A program made the translations under genes and the position numbers. A stretch of DNA of 64,000 nt from assembly GCA_017654855.1 (NCBI GenBank), contig CM030338.1:186001-250000 (forward strand), in the 5' to 3' direction. Within the stretch, counting starts at the first letter, position 1, and each line of letters starts with the position of its first letter. Shown one piece after another: positions 1 through 12,929 of the stretch. A model generated the notes under the pieces. It was not told the origin of the DNA. It made no database searches and saw only the letters and a program-made list of their open reading frames with translations. Source of the stretch: Podospora anserina. Its lineage: Eukaryota.

Positions 1-1670
1 GAGAATCTTGGATTGGGTTGGGGCAATTCGTTACTTGGGTTCATCTGCATTCTCATGATTCCCGTACCGCTATTGCTCGGCAGGTATGGGGCAAGGTTGA
101 GAAAGATGGGCCTCCAGTTGTAGACCAGGAATTTTGGGTAACGATATCACTTCGGGCGCGGTTCCGCCAAGTTGGCAGATGGCTTCAGCGGTGTTGGGTT
201 GCACTGTTATACATGCCCGTGTTGCATCTCGAGGAGTTTAGGTTACCGGTAGGTTGTTGACATGGCGAGATTTTGTTTTTCTTTTTCGAATCGTAGCTAG
301 CTAGGTAGACATTTGACTTTGAAGGTTTAAAGTTTGTTGGGCCATTTCTCTCAAATTTTCAAGTCAACATATCATGGGGCCCCGAGACAGACAGTCACCA
401 CAGCAGCATACCTGTTGTTTGTTAGGAGCCATACCCATTCTTTTAATCGGTGGCACAGAAGCATCAATACTTACCCGGCAATGGCAGCGGCAATCTCAAA
501 TGTTCTCGCTTTGGTCATAGCGGTAACAAGGAGAACAAAACCGGAAATCGAACCGCAAACAACTGCGAGGCGACCCTCTTACATTTCCTGCCGCTTGACA
601 AGATCTGGACCATGATAAAGCGTGCTCCCTGCGATCGAAGCCATGTTTAGCTCAGAATTCTTCGTCCCGTCAAACTGGGTGCAAAGCATCGCGATGGGCT
701 TGACAATCATCGACCACCCACGGACCAGAGTCGTCAAAGGCGATGAGGTTGGACCTCGAACCGCCGAGACTTTTCCGGGATATGATGATGACGACGAGCA
801 TGAAGCGGTCGAGACTGTGTTGAGCGGGACACACTCTTCCTTGACATAAAGACCAACAGCGACACGACCAAAGCATCAAGCACGACAAGCTCAAGCGCAT
901 CAATGCTCCTCCCACCTGCACGATCTTTTGAAGTGCAACGAGATCAACCTGGAAGGTGGGCACCTTATTTGTTCTGAGCAAGGCCGGATCAGAAAACCTT
1001 ATGCTGACATGATTTCAAACAGAAGACTTGACAGCATGAAAAAGTTGAGTAGCTGATAGACATGGACAAGAATCAACCATGTTCTGCTGGCAGATATACT
1101 TTCCATGCGTTGAGCACTGAAGATGAGTCGATCACGGATCAACGGAGACGGAGCGGGCCGTGGACCGGCTACTGGCTGTTGCGTACAGGGGTCCATTACC
1201 GACAGCTTAGTGGCCTCCAGGGTCATGAGGGTCAGCAGATGCAAGGATGGCCCGACACAACGGCCAATAACACACGGCAAAAGGAAAAATACATTCTCCA
1301 TGCAACCATCACAGCTGCATTGTGGGTGAATTGGGACGTCCCGGGAGATGGTTTGATGCCTTTTGGCATTTTATCCCGGGTGGGGATTGCAACTGCAGTG
1401 CGCCATTTCCCGGAGACATGGCACTAGGTGGAGTGCCCTGAACCCAGACATCGTGGAGGCATAAGTAAACAATTTAACCTCACTTTGGACTGTCAGATGC
1501 ATCTCAGCTTTGCTACCCCAACTCCCTTTTGATACCCCAAAACTTGCTGCCGGCCATCCACAAAGCCTCAGTACCTACCTACTCCAGGCCGTCGACACCA
1601 TCTTACAAACACTACACCTTACGGCACTTATCGACACCGTCAACATCGAAAAACACTGCCAACGATCAAC

Positions 1671-2222
1671 ATGTTTCGCACGAGCCTTTCAAGAACCGCT
1701 ACCCGTGCAGTACGCACATTGTCTACCTCCGCCACCAAATCATCCTCCATCCCTCTCCGCATCTGCGGGCGTGGGACAGGCACCCAGCAGACCATCACCA
1801 TCAAAGACAAGCCATACAGCATTCAAACCGATACATACCCCGTTCTCGGTGGCGCCGACTCGGCCCCATCACCAGTTGCCTACAGCCTTGCCTCTCTTAC
1901 CTCCTGCAACCAAGTAACGGGTGCCAAGGTAGCTGAGGACCACGGCATTAAGCTTGGCCAGTGGAACGTCAGACTCGACGCCGTGCTTCCCACGGACGTA
2001 CTTATCAAGGGCAAGTGCGAGGGTAACCCCAACTGGGAGAGTGTGAAACTCTTCGTCAGAGTCCAGACCAACATTCTAGAGTCTGTAAAGGGAGACAACT
2101 TGGAGGCTGATGCGAGGTTTCGTCATTTTGTCAGGGAGGTGGAGAGAAGGTGCCCAATTACACAGCTCTTCAAGAGAAGTGGTGTGCAGTATGAGAGTGA
2201 GTGGCTGAACGAAGCTCTTTAA
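1671..2222 (+). CDS. OsmC/Ohr-family peroxidase-like protein with probable mitochondrial presequence
   Basis: 183-aa intronless ORF; GGADSAPSP..SLASLTSC and VERRCPI motifs supply the two family cysteines; N-terminus is Arg/Ser/Thr-rich and lacks acidic residues. Confidence 0.85.
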   Translation: MFRTSLSRTATRAVRTLSTSATKSSSIPLRICGRGTGTQQTITIKDKPYSIQTDTYPVLGGADSAPSPVAYSLASLTSCNQVTGAKVAEDHGIKLGQWNVRLDAVLPTDVLIKGKCEGNPNWESVKLFVRVQTNILESVKGDNLEADARFRHFVREVERRCPITQLFKRSGVQYESEWLNEAL

Positions 2223-2720
2223 AGAGGTTGGCATGGAAGATTGTTGGTGGACATTGTACATATATACCCTCGAAGGCAGGGCGGGCTAGGCATTTGTTGG
2301 GTTTATTGAGCGGGTCTTGTATCTGGTAGTTTCCTTTCTTGATTTACAGGTATCTCGGCGTTACGAAATCCAATAGCATTTGTTCGCAATATCAAGGGAA
2401 AGACATGGACAAAAATCCTTTACATGCACTAGAGCTGATGATCTTTACTGTTCCTACACAGAAAATCAGCTTACGTTACGTCGCCAAGATGCTGTCACAC
2501 ACATTAGACCCTCCGGACATAACGGATTTGGAGTGGTCAGGAAATCCTGCTGCTCAGTGATCAAGGATTGGGCGCGAGGAACCAACCTGCATTCAAATGC
2601 AACTAAGTTGGCAATAGTCGCACTTGTGTTTACAGCCGGAACCTACTGAAATCCCAACACTCCCGTCACACTCCTGGGTAGGTATCAGCAATCCTCCACA
2701 ACTAGAGACGGTCAACAACG

Positions 2721-4214
2721 ATGACGGAACTACAGAACTCGATCATTCAACTTCGCCCGAAGGGGTGGGAAGCAGATCCAGAGCACGAATATTTCAATCT
2801 GTCCACACTAGACTACTGCGTTGGACAGGTGTATACCAACTACGCCTTGTTCTTCAAGCTTTCTCCCAACGCGGACAAGTCGAGGATCATATCTACGATC
2901 AAAGATGGATTGGAAGTCACCCTGTCCCAGTGCCGTCAGCTGTGTGGCACTCTGCAGGAGCAACCCTCTGGAGGTGGCGACCTTTGTTTTCACAAGACCA
3001 GAGACAGCACGGTCGAATTTCACGTTCAGTTTCTCGACACCGCCGAATCGAAGCCCGAAGGAGAGTATCAGACGTTCGGATCACTGGAAGCACAGCATTT
3101 CGCCTCAAGAGCGCTGGGAAACATGAAAACCTGGTGTGTTTCGCCTATGACATATGGCGAGAAGCCCGAAGCACAACCATCCAGCCATCCTAAATGTGCC
3201 GCCTTCAAAATCACTTTCATCCCAGGGGGCTTCCTGCTCATGATGCACCATCATCACTACGCCAACGACATCATGGGTTGGGCGGGAGAGTTGCACCAAC
3301 TGGCCGAGAACTGTGCCACCATTTGGGACAACCCTAGCGCCCCGGCTTTGCCTCCTTGGGATCCATCCTGCCTCGACCTGTCCAGAATTACTGCGCCGAA
3401 CGTACCCGAAGACAAGAAGATTGATGGCCCAGCCTCACCCCTCCGCCATCCTGATCACAAAAAGGCTCAATGGCTGCTGTTCCATCTGTCCAAGACCAAA
3501 ACTGCCGCTTTGAAGCAACTCGCCAGTCCGAAAGATGGCAGCTATTACGTGTCCAGCTATGATGCCTACAATGCTCTCATATGGAGACTCCTGACTAAAC
3601 ACCGCCTCGCACTCTTCGCCGATGATGTTCCCTCTAATACCCCCATGGTATGGGGAGAAGCAGTTGACATGCGTCGCCGCTTCACCAACCCACCTATCGC
3701 GCCCCGCACTCAGGGCAACGTTGTCTACGTGGCTCTTAGCAGCCAGTCACCACCCGAGCTCAAGCCTTTGGCTGCTTCTGAGGTCGCCTCAGACGCATCA
3801 TTGGAGAAGCTGGCGTGGTACATCCGTCAGTTGACAAACTCTGTCACCCAAGAGTCTCTTGCTGCTGCATTGAATGGCATCGCGCCCATCCGGGACAAGA
3901 CGGCCCTGTTTCTCCGTGTGGACTCACTCCCACCGCTGAGTATCTTCGTCACAGAATGGCGAGACACTCGTCCTTGTGATGCAGACTTTGGTTTCGGCAA
4001 GCCGCATGCATTCAGGTTCCCGTTTGACACAATCACCAATGGCCTGGTTGTGGTCTACCCGGTCCGAGGGAATGGGCCTTGCGGGGATGATGAAGGGAAT
4101 GAGTTCAGCATTGCGGTCGAGATGGGAATAAAGGACAGCCTACTGGCAGATGAGGAATGGAACAGCTGGTTTGACTTTAGAGGAGTAGATGCTGATGATA
4201 TGCAGAGGGACTGA
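2721..4214 (+). CDS. CoA-dependent O-acyltransferase (trichothecene 3-O-acetyltransferase-like, BAHD/transferase family)
   Basis: 497-aa ORF with HxxxD motif (HYAND) and C-terminal DFGFGKP motif. Confidence 0.9.
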   Translation: MTELQNSIIQLRPKGWEADPEHEYFNLSTLDYCVGQVYTNYALFFKLSPNADKSRIISTIKDGLEVTLSQCRQLCGTLQEQPSGGGDLCFHKTRDSTVEFHVQFLDTAESKPEGEYQTFGSLEAQHFASRALGNMKTWCVSPMTYGEKPEAQPSSHPKCAAFKITFIPGGFLLMMHHHHYANDIMGWAGELHQLAENCATIWDNPSAPALPPWDPSCLDLSRITAPNVPEDKKIDGPASPLRHPDHKKAQWLLFHLSKTKTAALKQLASPKDGSYYVSSYDAYNALIWRLLTKHRLALFADDVPSNTPMVWGEAVDMRRRFTNPPIAPRTQGNVVYVALSSQSPPELKPLAASEVASDASLEKLAWYIRQLTNSVTQESLAAALNGIAPIRDKTALFLRVDSLPPLSIFVTEWRDTRPCDADFGFGKPHAFRFPFDTITNGLVVVYPVRGNGPCGDDEGNEFSIAVEMGIKDSLLADEEWNSWFDFRGVDADDMQRD

Positions 4215-4499
4215 TGTCAAGGTAACGCGCACGGGCCACATTCTTTACCCCTGAATGCCCCCGATTTTCACAAACACGGGTGTTTCTTTGTTCACGTTGC
4301 AAGGAAACAAATTAGCTGTGAATACATACTATGAATCGCTTTTGACCAAAACCAACCCGCAATTTAAGCATCTTCGAGATGTAAATGGAGCATATCTTTT
4401 CCGGATCATGCTTTCCGTCGCCGGCCCGCCGGCTGATTGACCATTCCCCCTGAGTGACCCTTCACGCGCGTGCTCAACTGTATGTTTTGCAATAACACC

Positions 4500-4825
4500 T
4501 TACTCACTAGCCCTTCTTCCACCAAGATGTAAGACGCCCTTTATACCGTCCCATACCGCGGAATGAGATGTGTCGCTAGAGCTTGAGCTTGCGCTCCACA
4601 TGCTACTTCGCCGTCTCTCGGTGCTTTCTGAGGATGTGCCCATAGAGGAAGCCACTATCCTGGCTTCTGTATAAGACCCTGCATATTTGTCAGTATTGAA
4701 TGATGGAACTGGATGGGATAGTTTTAACGAGCATGGGATATCATACGGATATTTCCTGCGCCTCCCCTACCAAAAGACCGCCGACGTTCCCGAGGTTCTT
4801 GACTCGAGTGCCCGATGAAATGCAT
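4500..4825 (-). CDS. Small 85-aa GRGGAGN-motif protein (DUF3602/Par32-like), two exons
   Basis: Exon 1 4825-4747 MHFIGHSSQEPRERRRSFGRGGAGNI; intron 4746-4679 (GTATGA...CTGAC...CAG); exon 2 4678-4500 stays in frame to TAA. Confidence 0.7.
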
Positions 4826-5518
4826 CCTGTGGAATGTGTGTCGCTTCAAAGTTGGCTTGCAGCATATCATGCGCATCGGTAGGCATTCTTGGGCTTTATA
4901 ATTCTTGGCTTTCAGAATGACTGACTTCATAGGAGCACACGAACGAGCCCGAGCACTTTTGATAAGGTCCGACATTGCCATTGGCCCCCCGAGATATTTG
5001 TGGTCATTACTGTCCATCACTGATGTCGATCTCTGGCGGAGATAACCGTGTCTTAGTCGCAGTGTGGGGTGGCACTGTCTGGGAAGCCAAAGTGACGTAC
5101 ACAAAAACCCAATGCCCGTTAAATCCGTTCGCGGTTACACTTAGTTGATATTCGTCAAATTTGAACATTCAAGGTTGCGATTGCGATCTTGGTGTTCGGG
5201 GCTTCCAATTCTTCAAAGTGAGGTAATTGCAGCGTAGCATTTCTTTGGTGTATTTAACTAGCAGTGTACATCTCTCATCACCAGTCTTGAACTTCACGGG
5301 CAGTATATACCCGACTTCTGAACTTATCCGAGAATCATACCTTGAAGGAGCTGACCTCAATAGAGATACCTATTGCCCCTGCCATCCTGGTTGGCTTCAG
5401 GTACCGCAACCTGCATCCAGGGTTTATCCATGGGTCAACTCCATGCACCAAAAGACCCTGAGCTCCACATCACAAAGGGAAGAAAAAAAGGAGAAAGGAA
5501 AAAAGAACAAAACTATGA

Positions 5519-5632
5519 TGAGAGGGGCGAGATTCGAACTCGCGCCCCTTTCGAGACTACGGAATTCTGAAGGGAATTTGGATCAAGGTATTCACCTTAA
5601 CGTAGCGCCTTAGACCGCTCGGCCACCCTCCC
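5519..5632 (-). tRNA. tRNA-Leu (AAG), intron-containing
   Basis: Acceptor stem GGGAGGG/CCCTCTC, D arm TGGCCGAGCGGTCTAAGGCG, anticodon stem CTACG/CGTAG with TT-AAG-G loop then intron, long variable arm, T arm GCGAG-TTCGAAT-CTCGC; T-runs downstream. Confidence 0.95.
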
Positions 5633-5702
5633 ACTTTTGATGGTATTCCCCGACAGAAATCCGGACCCTAGAACACCTCTGCACCTTTGAACATGGCAAT
5701 GT

Positions 5703-7473
5703 TCAGACTCTCTTTGTCAGCCTAACTTCGAGTCCCTCCTGCCTGACAAAAAAGCTGTTGATGACTTTCCACTCCTTCGCCCCGTCAGCTGGCTCAACGT
5801 TGTAAAGCAACGCTAATGTTGCGAGGCCTTTATAGATTTGCATCAGCGCCAAATTCTTTCCAAGACACATTCTGCTCCCAGCACCGAAAGTCAAGTCTGC
5901 GCTGTTCATCATCTGCAGCCTTTCTTGGTATCTGGTCTCATTCTCTCCGCCAGCCCTCAGCCACCTTTCAGGCTTGAACTCGTCCACATTTTCACCCCAG
6001 ATTTGCTTGTTCCGAGAAAGGACATAAGGGTTCATGGCCACTGCTGTACCTTCTGGCAGGTAGTGCCCCGAAGGCAATGTGAAACCTCCTTTGGGAACAT
6101 GTCTTTCCAATCCTAGCGCAATGCCCGGCAAAATTCTCATGCTCTCCCTTACCAACCCCTCCAGGTATGGCACACTCCTAGCATCTCTGTAACTGACTGG
6201 GCACTTTTCTCTGTTGATTCCAGCTTTCTCTAGTTCTTCTCTCAACTTTTTCCACCTCCCTTCTGCCATCATCGAGTAGTAGATAGCAGTCTTGATGATA
6301 CTCGAGGTGGTGTCTGCCCCTGCAATCATGTTGCTCAGAGTATATCTGACGACCATGGCGTCATCCACCACCTCTGGCCACTTTTGACGTGCTTCGAGAA
6401 ACATATCCAGATAGTCTGCATCTCTGCTCTTCTGCTCTGTGCCTTGATCTTCCTGGAATCGCTTCATGATATGCCCTACACTCAGTCCGACGATGTGATT
6501 GAAGCTCGGCGGTCCGATTCTCATGATTCTGTTCTTGTCAAAGACGTAATCAAGCCAAGGGATTGATGTTATGAAAGCAAAGTAGTCGAGCGTTTTATCT
6601 GCTGTCAAAAGCGTCCCGTCAAAGTCTTTGCCCTCGCGCAAGTACCCGAGCGGTTGGGAAAATGTGACGTTCCCGATGACGTCCCAAGTGTCTATCTTTG
6701 GGTCAGATACAAAGTTCATTTCACGCGGCATGTTCAGGGGCTATTAGCTTAGCAAGGACTTACAGTAGACGATCCACTTCCCCAGATCAACCCCCCCTTG
6801 CCCATCATTGCCACTGACCCTTTTGTCCAACTCCTGACATAGCATATCGACCACTTCATCCATCTTGCTTTCTACTCTGGCCACCGCGGCGGCGGAGTAA
6901 TACTTGGCCACTGGTCTCTTCCACTTGGCATGCAACTCTGGATCAATTTGACTGAACAGGTTGTACATGATCTCCCCCGTTTCCTTGACTCGCGTGCTGC
7001 TAGAGAGGTAGAACCCTGTCTTTTTCCACTCGGCTTTTTGTTTTGTAGTCGTCCCAAAGACAACTTTGATCGGCTCGGGGTAGTCAATATCGACGGTGTT
7101 GGGGCCAATTCGAACGACGGGACCGTATGTTTTGTGCAATCGAGTGATGTGGAGATGGAAAGACCCGCGGGTGGTATGGTAGAGGCGGTAGAGGTTAGTA
7201 TAGCCTGTTATCTCACTTGTCGGTACGACTTTCAGGAGGACAAGACGATCTAGAGCAACAGGGGTAGGACTAGGACTTACGGGCCAGAAATGGACCAGGA
7301 ATTGATCGGAGAGGTGATAGGAGATGCGGAACAACAAAGTATCCCAACAGTGTGAGGACCAGAGTGGCTATGACCAGCAAGTTTGCGGTCAGAGAGACAG
7401 AGGTGCCATTGATGGACGTGGAAACCATAAAAGTCCAGTCATCAAGACCACGGACCGTCATTTTGGATGACAT
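5703..7473 (-). CDS. Cytochrome P450 monooxygenase (3 exons)
   Basis: N-terminal TM anchor then IPGP; AGADTT I-helix, ESMR (ExxR), PERW and heme motif FGAGSRMCLG; introns 7280-7205 and 6763-6692 join in frame. Confidence 0.93.
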
Positions 7474-7925
7474 TGGCTTCGACGGGACGTTCTTGGAGAC
7501 TGGGTTTTGCTTGGGAAGGTTTGGTTTGGCCACAAAGTCCCTTACTGGGTCAAAAGGTTCTAGTAACTTTTTTTCAAGATCCCATTACCCACAGCTCCTC
7601 ATAAGAGCAGCCTGAAACACCCACCTAGTAGGGACCGCATACCACCTTATCAAATGCCGGTCTACCTTTATCCTGTCTGACCACCACGTTAATGTTACAC
7701 CAGTGGTTTTATCTACCACAATTCAGGTTACACAACAGCATTTCAACTACCAACATGTCAACGTGCAGAGAATTGACGCTCGTGCATTGCATCGATCATC
7801 CAGTCAACATGGCTTGGCAACCAGTCCCAGCCCTTGCAGGCTGCCTCGGCGTCAATAGTCGATGCAGGTTGCTGGAGACAGCCCACGCTGAATGTGTCTA
7901 ATTCTTGGCAGATATCAGTCCATAC

Positions 7926-7999
7926 CTGTCTCGCCATGACAAGGTTTCACGCAAAGTTGACTGTCTCGCCATGACAAGGTTTCACGCAAAGTTGACTGT
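7926..7999. repeat. Perfect 35-bp tandem duplication
   Basis: ctgtctcgccatgacaaggtttcacgcaaagttga x2 followed by ctgt. Confidence 0.95.
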
Positions 8000-8221
8000 T
8001 CCCCGCATTGATTACCACACTGGATTAGAGGGAGACAGGGTTCTTAAATCTTGTCAATAAACCAGTATATTGATTGTTATATCCTACTCCATATGTACAT
8101 TTCTCCTTCCAATGTGCGCAATTCAAGTTCCAGATAACAAGGTGAGCTCCACTCCAGCCTCAATGTGCGCCTAGCTTCGGTGTCGTAGCCATGTGTGAGG
8201 GTCTGGCAAGTGACTGCCATT

Positions 8222-9620
8222 TTACTTCATGTTCAACAGCAGGTATCTAAGACCGGCCCAGGTCTCGACACCGCTGGGAACGATCTGGCTAGCAGGGAGA
8301 ACGAAGCCGTTGGCACCAGTGTCACGAAGCTCGGCGGTGAATGTGTACTCAGAGCCGCCCACATCGTTGGCCCAGTCGACACTGCTACCGGTGGCCTTGT
8401 AGATGGTGCTGCAGATAGGTCCGGAGGTAAACCTGGTGCCGTAAACGGCCTGGATAGCCGAGGCAGCGCCAGCAGCAAGGGACACAAGCTCGGTATGCTT
8501 AGCAGCTCTGGCAGTGCAGGAGTATCCGTAAGCTGAGTAAGAAGTTGTTAGCTTCGATTGACACTGTGATTCCATCAAGAAGGGCAGGACGTACGGGTCA
8601 TGAACAGCTGAGAGTAAGCATGCCAGTCAATGAAGAGCTTCAAGCCCTGGCTGGACTTGACGCTGCGGATGAAGTTGGCCAGGTTGGTAGTCTCGGGGGC
8701 ATCAGAGGCGGCTCTTCCCTTGTAGTCCTCGGCGCAGGGGTTAGTGGAAGCACCGCCAGTAACGGACCACTGGAAGTTCCAGTTACGGTTGATGTCACGG
8801 CCAATGCAAGTGCTGCCAGTGTTGGATTGACGGTTCTTGCGCCACAGACGAGTGTTGGTCTGGGTGAAGACGAAGCCGTCAGGGTTAACAACGGGGAAGA
8901 CGTAGAAGTCGTACTTGTCGACGAAGCTCTTGATCTCGGCGTCGGTGTCGTACTTGGTCAGGAGGTTGAAGGCCAGGTACTCGTTGACCATGGTGGTGAT
9001 CCACTCGCGCGCGTGGACGGTGCTGTGGAAGATGACAGCAGGCTTTTTGCCCTTCCCGGAGCTTCCCCAGAAGTGAATACCTGTGATAGGTCTTCCCTCG
9101 TTGGAGTTGCCCGACGTGACGATGGCCGAGCGGGTTGGGTAGGTGGCCTGGAGATCCCGCAGGAACTGGAGATGGTCGTTGTACGAATGGTATGAGTTGA
9201 ACCACGTAGCGTTGGCAGAACCAACTGGGGGTTGATGTTAGTACAAGATACAACTCTTCAAGGGTGGTACAAAGATGGCGTACCTGCATATGCAGAGAAG
9301 TTGGACTCCTCCTCAATAGAAGCAGCCAAGTCCTCGTGCATGGTAGTGACCTCCATGCCGGCGACAGCCGCCTCGAACTCGGCCACTTTGGATGGTGGGA
9401 CAACAATATCGGCGAGAGCGCCAGGGGCCTTGGGTGCCTTCCATGTCTCGAGCTCTAGCTGCTCGATGATCTTGGAGACCTTGTTGACCTGGTTCTTGAC
9501 AGCGACACGGAAGACTTTGTATCCATCGTAGGCGGTGACAGCGGGTCTGACCTGGCGTTCGGGGACAGCAGCCGCCGAGGCGAGGGCCAGGAGAGTGGAA
9601 AAAGCGAAAACCGACTTCAT
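8222..9620 (-). CDS. Secreted zinc carboxypeptidase A-like (M14A) with propeptide (3 exons)
   Basis: Signal peptide MKSVFAFSTLLALASAAA; HAREW, NPDG, WRKNR, DINRN, DWHAYSQ and FTAELR motifs; exons join in frame. Confidence 0.94.
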
Positions 9621-10497
9621 CTTGAAGAGCTGGGAACTTGCGTCTTGACCGTGGAGTTCCTGGAGAAGCTCTTTTCCTCGAGCGACTCCGGTGAGACCTG
9701 GCTGCTTTATAGCTTCCTGGAATGACCGTGGGTTGGAGGTAGTACACATGAGTGGTTACCTGCCTGTGGCATGGGATGAACACACCTAGGAGGAGTAGCA
9801 CTGCCTCGGGTGGACATGACCAACGACGTGACCATGGGCCAGATAACCTTCCCTTTTCGGCCGAATAGCGATGCGGAGGGGGGCCAAGTCTGGATGTTTG
9901 TCACCTTCCCGGGATGACGCACGATGCAACAGTCTGGGGTTGCAAAAGCCGATCCCGCATTATACCCGCTTGCCCCTAGCCAATGTGCTTTTAACAATCA
10001 GCTCGGCATTGTGCTGGGCGATCTCGCTCCGCCTGCGACCAGGGGCTTTGGCCAGATGCCGAACCAGGATTGTCGCCCCGAGGCCGACAAGACCACCTTC
10101 CGCAACTGGGTCAGCTTCGCGCCTATGCTTCATTGCCTTGTTCTAGAACAATGCATATGATCTTGTGAGAATGTTATACAGCCAAAGCGCCTGGGGCGAG
10201 GCAATGACACTATTGGCGGTGTGCGCGTACCGACAGGTTCGTCCTACCGCTGAGCTGTTTATTTGCTATTGATAATCTTGATTGGGAAAGTCATTAAGCC
10301 ATATCAAAACCGTTATCTTGGCCCCTGCCCACTCGCAACAACCAACACCAAACGTGGGGATGTGGGGGTGGCTACAATCATAATACACAATCGGCTGGAG
10401 TCAAAAAAGCTTCGCTGTTGCTCCCCGCCCCCCCCCTTCCCCCCCCGGACCTGCAGTCAATGAACAAAGCTTGGCTTTACAACTGGTCCAGCCCTGT

Positions 10498-10881
10498 TTA
10501 GATTTCCATGCTTTGCCCCTTCTTGGCGCACATCCCTCCCGCTTCTTCTGCATCTGCCGAGCACTGAGTTTGACTGTTTAAAGAGGATTCAGCCAACGAT
10601 CAGACTTCCACCCCTGCTCACCGACGTTGTCCAGGTCGAAGGTACGGTCCTCGTCTACCGTCATTTGACTGTATGAGCTCATGCAAATCCTGCATCAGTT
10701 CTGTCGCAGTATCTAGCTGACAGTTAGCAAGCTCGGCGAACTCAGCGGGGGTGGAAAGAGTTAGGAGGTTTGTGGAGTGGGTGTGATTCATCTTGTTGTT
10801 GTGGTTGTTGTGGTTGTTGTTGCTGCTGTTGCTGGTGGTGGTGGTGATGGCGGTGGTGCCGTTACTGCTATTGCCAGACAT
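10498..10881 (-). CDS. Hypothetical ~111-aa protein with Asn/Thr/His-rich low-complexity N-terminus
   Basis: ATG 10881; putative intron 10621-10574 (GTGAGC...CTGAAT...CAG) extends the ORF in frame to TAA; no family recognised. Confidence 0.4.
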
Positions 10882-11538
10882 CTTTTCTGGGGAGGGTTGA
10901 AGGTTGAAGGTAGAGGTAGGTATGGTAAGAGGAAGAAAGTCTTGGTCGGCGATTGAGTTGTTATAAAGGTGTGATGGAGAGAATGATGATGAGACAGTGA
11001 GAGAATTCCAGGTATATATCTATTTAGCAGTAAGACAGTAGTGGTACGCGCTCCTTATATAGTCGCAGCAGGAAAAAAATGAAACAACACGTTCCACATT
11101 ATCTCTCTAAGAACGCAGGCCTTGTTCATGAAAGGCTTTCCTTATTCAACAAACAACCTCTTTCGTATGGAAAATAATTCTGATTTCCAGAAACCTACAG
11201 AGGCTTTGAAGATTCTTAAAGTTCAGTGGTTCACCATAGAATGAGGTACACATTTGTGGAGCATGACGATCTGGCCTTTTGTCACAGAGGGAGTGTTCGA
11301 GCACTCACTCATACCTAGGCAGCGACCCACAAGAACAATTATACACTGTCAAAGTGACCGGAGACGTTTTGTTGTACCATCATTACCTTAGGCAGCATTC
11401 AGTTACGATGCCATTCAAAAAGAGGGAAATAGCTCCACAGTGATGACTCATGGGACGCTGAGGTATTAGTTGTTTCAAGTTCCTGAATTGAATCGAAGCT
11501 TCTAAAGCTTGAGATTGGAATGGCTGCCTAGAGGTACC

Positions 11539-12123
11539 TTAAGCCAAGAAGCTTCCAATATAGTCTCTTTTGCCAACTGGAACGCCTTTGCTCCTGAGAA
11601 TGGCATACGCCGTGTTGAGATGGAAGAAGAAGTTGGGGATTCCCTGGTTGAGGACTGAGTCTCTGCTGACAATCTTGATGGTTGTTGGCCCCAAAGCACT
11701 ATGTTTTTCAAAATCAGCAATGTGTCCTTTGTTACAAGCTCCTCCACGATGGGTCGGGTTGACTCACAGATCGACAGTTTCATCGGCTTTGGCGTCAATA
11801 GCAGCAGCATCGGCCTCCTTGATAACCTGCCTCGCCTTCTCAATGCGGGCATACAAATCGGCAAATGTCTTCTCTCCATCTTCCCAAGGCTCATCAGCCT
11901 TCCCTTGGGAGCGGGTGAGGGTTTTGCGGACAGTGTTGGTAACATTCTGAACTTGAAAGGTCAGGGGGAGCATGTCATCGATGAGCCTGGCATTGATGTA
12001 CTCGGCATTGGCGTCGAGGCCCTGTGATGCAGCATATTCTTCGGCCTTTTGGAGAATATGAACAAGTGTGGAGAGACCCTTGGAAAAGGTAGAAATAGTA
12101 ACGGAAGAGAGAGTGAGAGACAT
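11539..12123 (-). CDS. DUF1993-family protein (2 exons)
   Basis: ARLIDDMLPLTFQVQ in exon 1; PNFFFHLNTAYAILRSKGVPVGKRDY in exon 2 after a GTGAGT...TAG intron. Confidence 0.87.
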
Positions 12124-12929
12124 GTTGGCGGTTTGTGCACTGCTCGTGACGAGGAAGAAAAGATGATGATAAGGTAAGTTGAGTGGTAGTGTATATGGCA
12201 ATCTGCGCTGAGGGTAGAGGAATGGTATGAGAAGTTTTCAGAGCTTTTGACAGAGGAAACAAAGACGTGTTTATACTTCTGGTTAGGTTCTTCTCGCTCT
12301 CTCAGGTCGCACAACCAGGGCCCTGCATCACCTCGCATTATTAATGTATTCCACCCAATGGTGTGCTTTTAGTTTCTGCAGCGGGATGTGTCAACTGGAA
12401 TTACAAATCCACGTTACGTGTGGCTCGTCAACAATTATTCAGCTCGACTTTAGCAGCTGCTGTCCAGGGAACGTAACAATCACCTCGATGCCAGTGCTTG
12501 GCTGTCCGTCATCGGACCAACTATCAGAGCTTGGAAGACGCCAGAAGAACCGAGACTCCATGCTGCCAGTTGAAATGCACCGAATAGGATGAGAGGCGGG
12601 TTCCTTGCAGGTTGTTGTGGTGTAGCTGGTGTTGCAATTGATACCAAAAGGATGTCGTGATGTGGGGTACAGCATTTGCAACACAATGGCGGGTTATGGC
12701 CGCCGAGCCGGAACCGGGGTTTGCCGGCATTATCGCCGAACCACACAATTATTTTCGGTATGGTCAAAATATCACGAATTCCGCAGCCGGCATGTCGTCA
12801 TGTCACAGATCATGTACTCCCAATACTGAAAATGAACCTTGTATGATTTTTGAACTACTTAGGTACTACATCGTAACCGCTCTTTGCACTGTAGATTGTG
12901 ATCCTTCTCCATCTGCGCACCAAATGGCC

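Noticed and set aside
330..1430. Several short overlapping ORFs at the window start
   Set aside because: No motif, no coherent splice model and no recognisable family; may be a relic but cannot be supported
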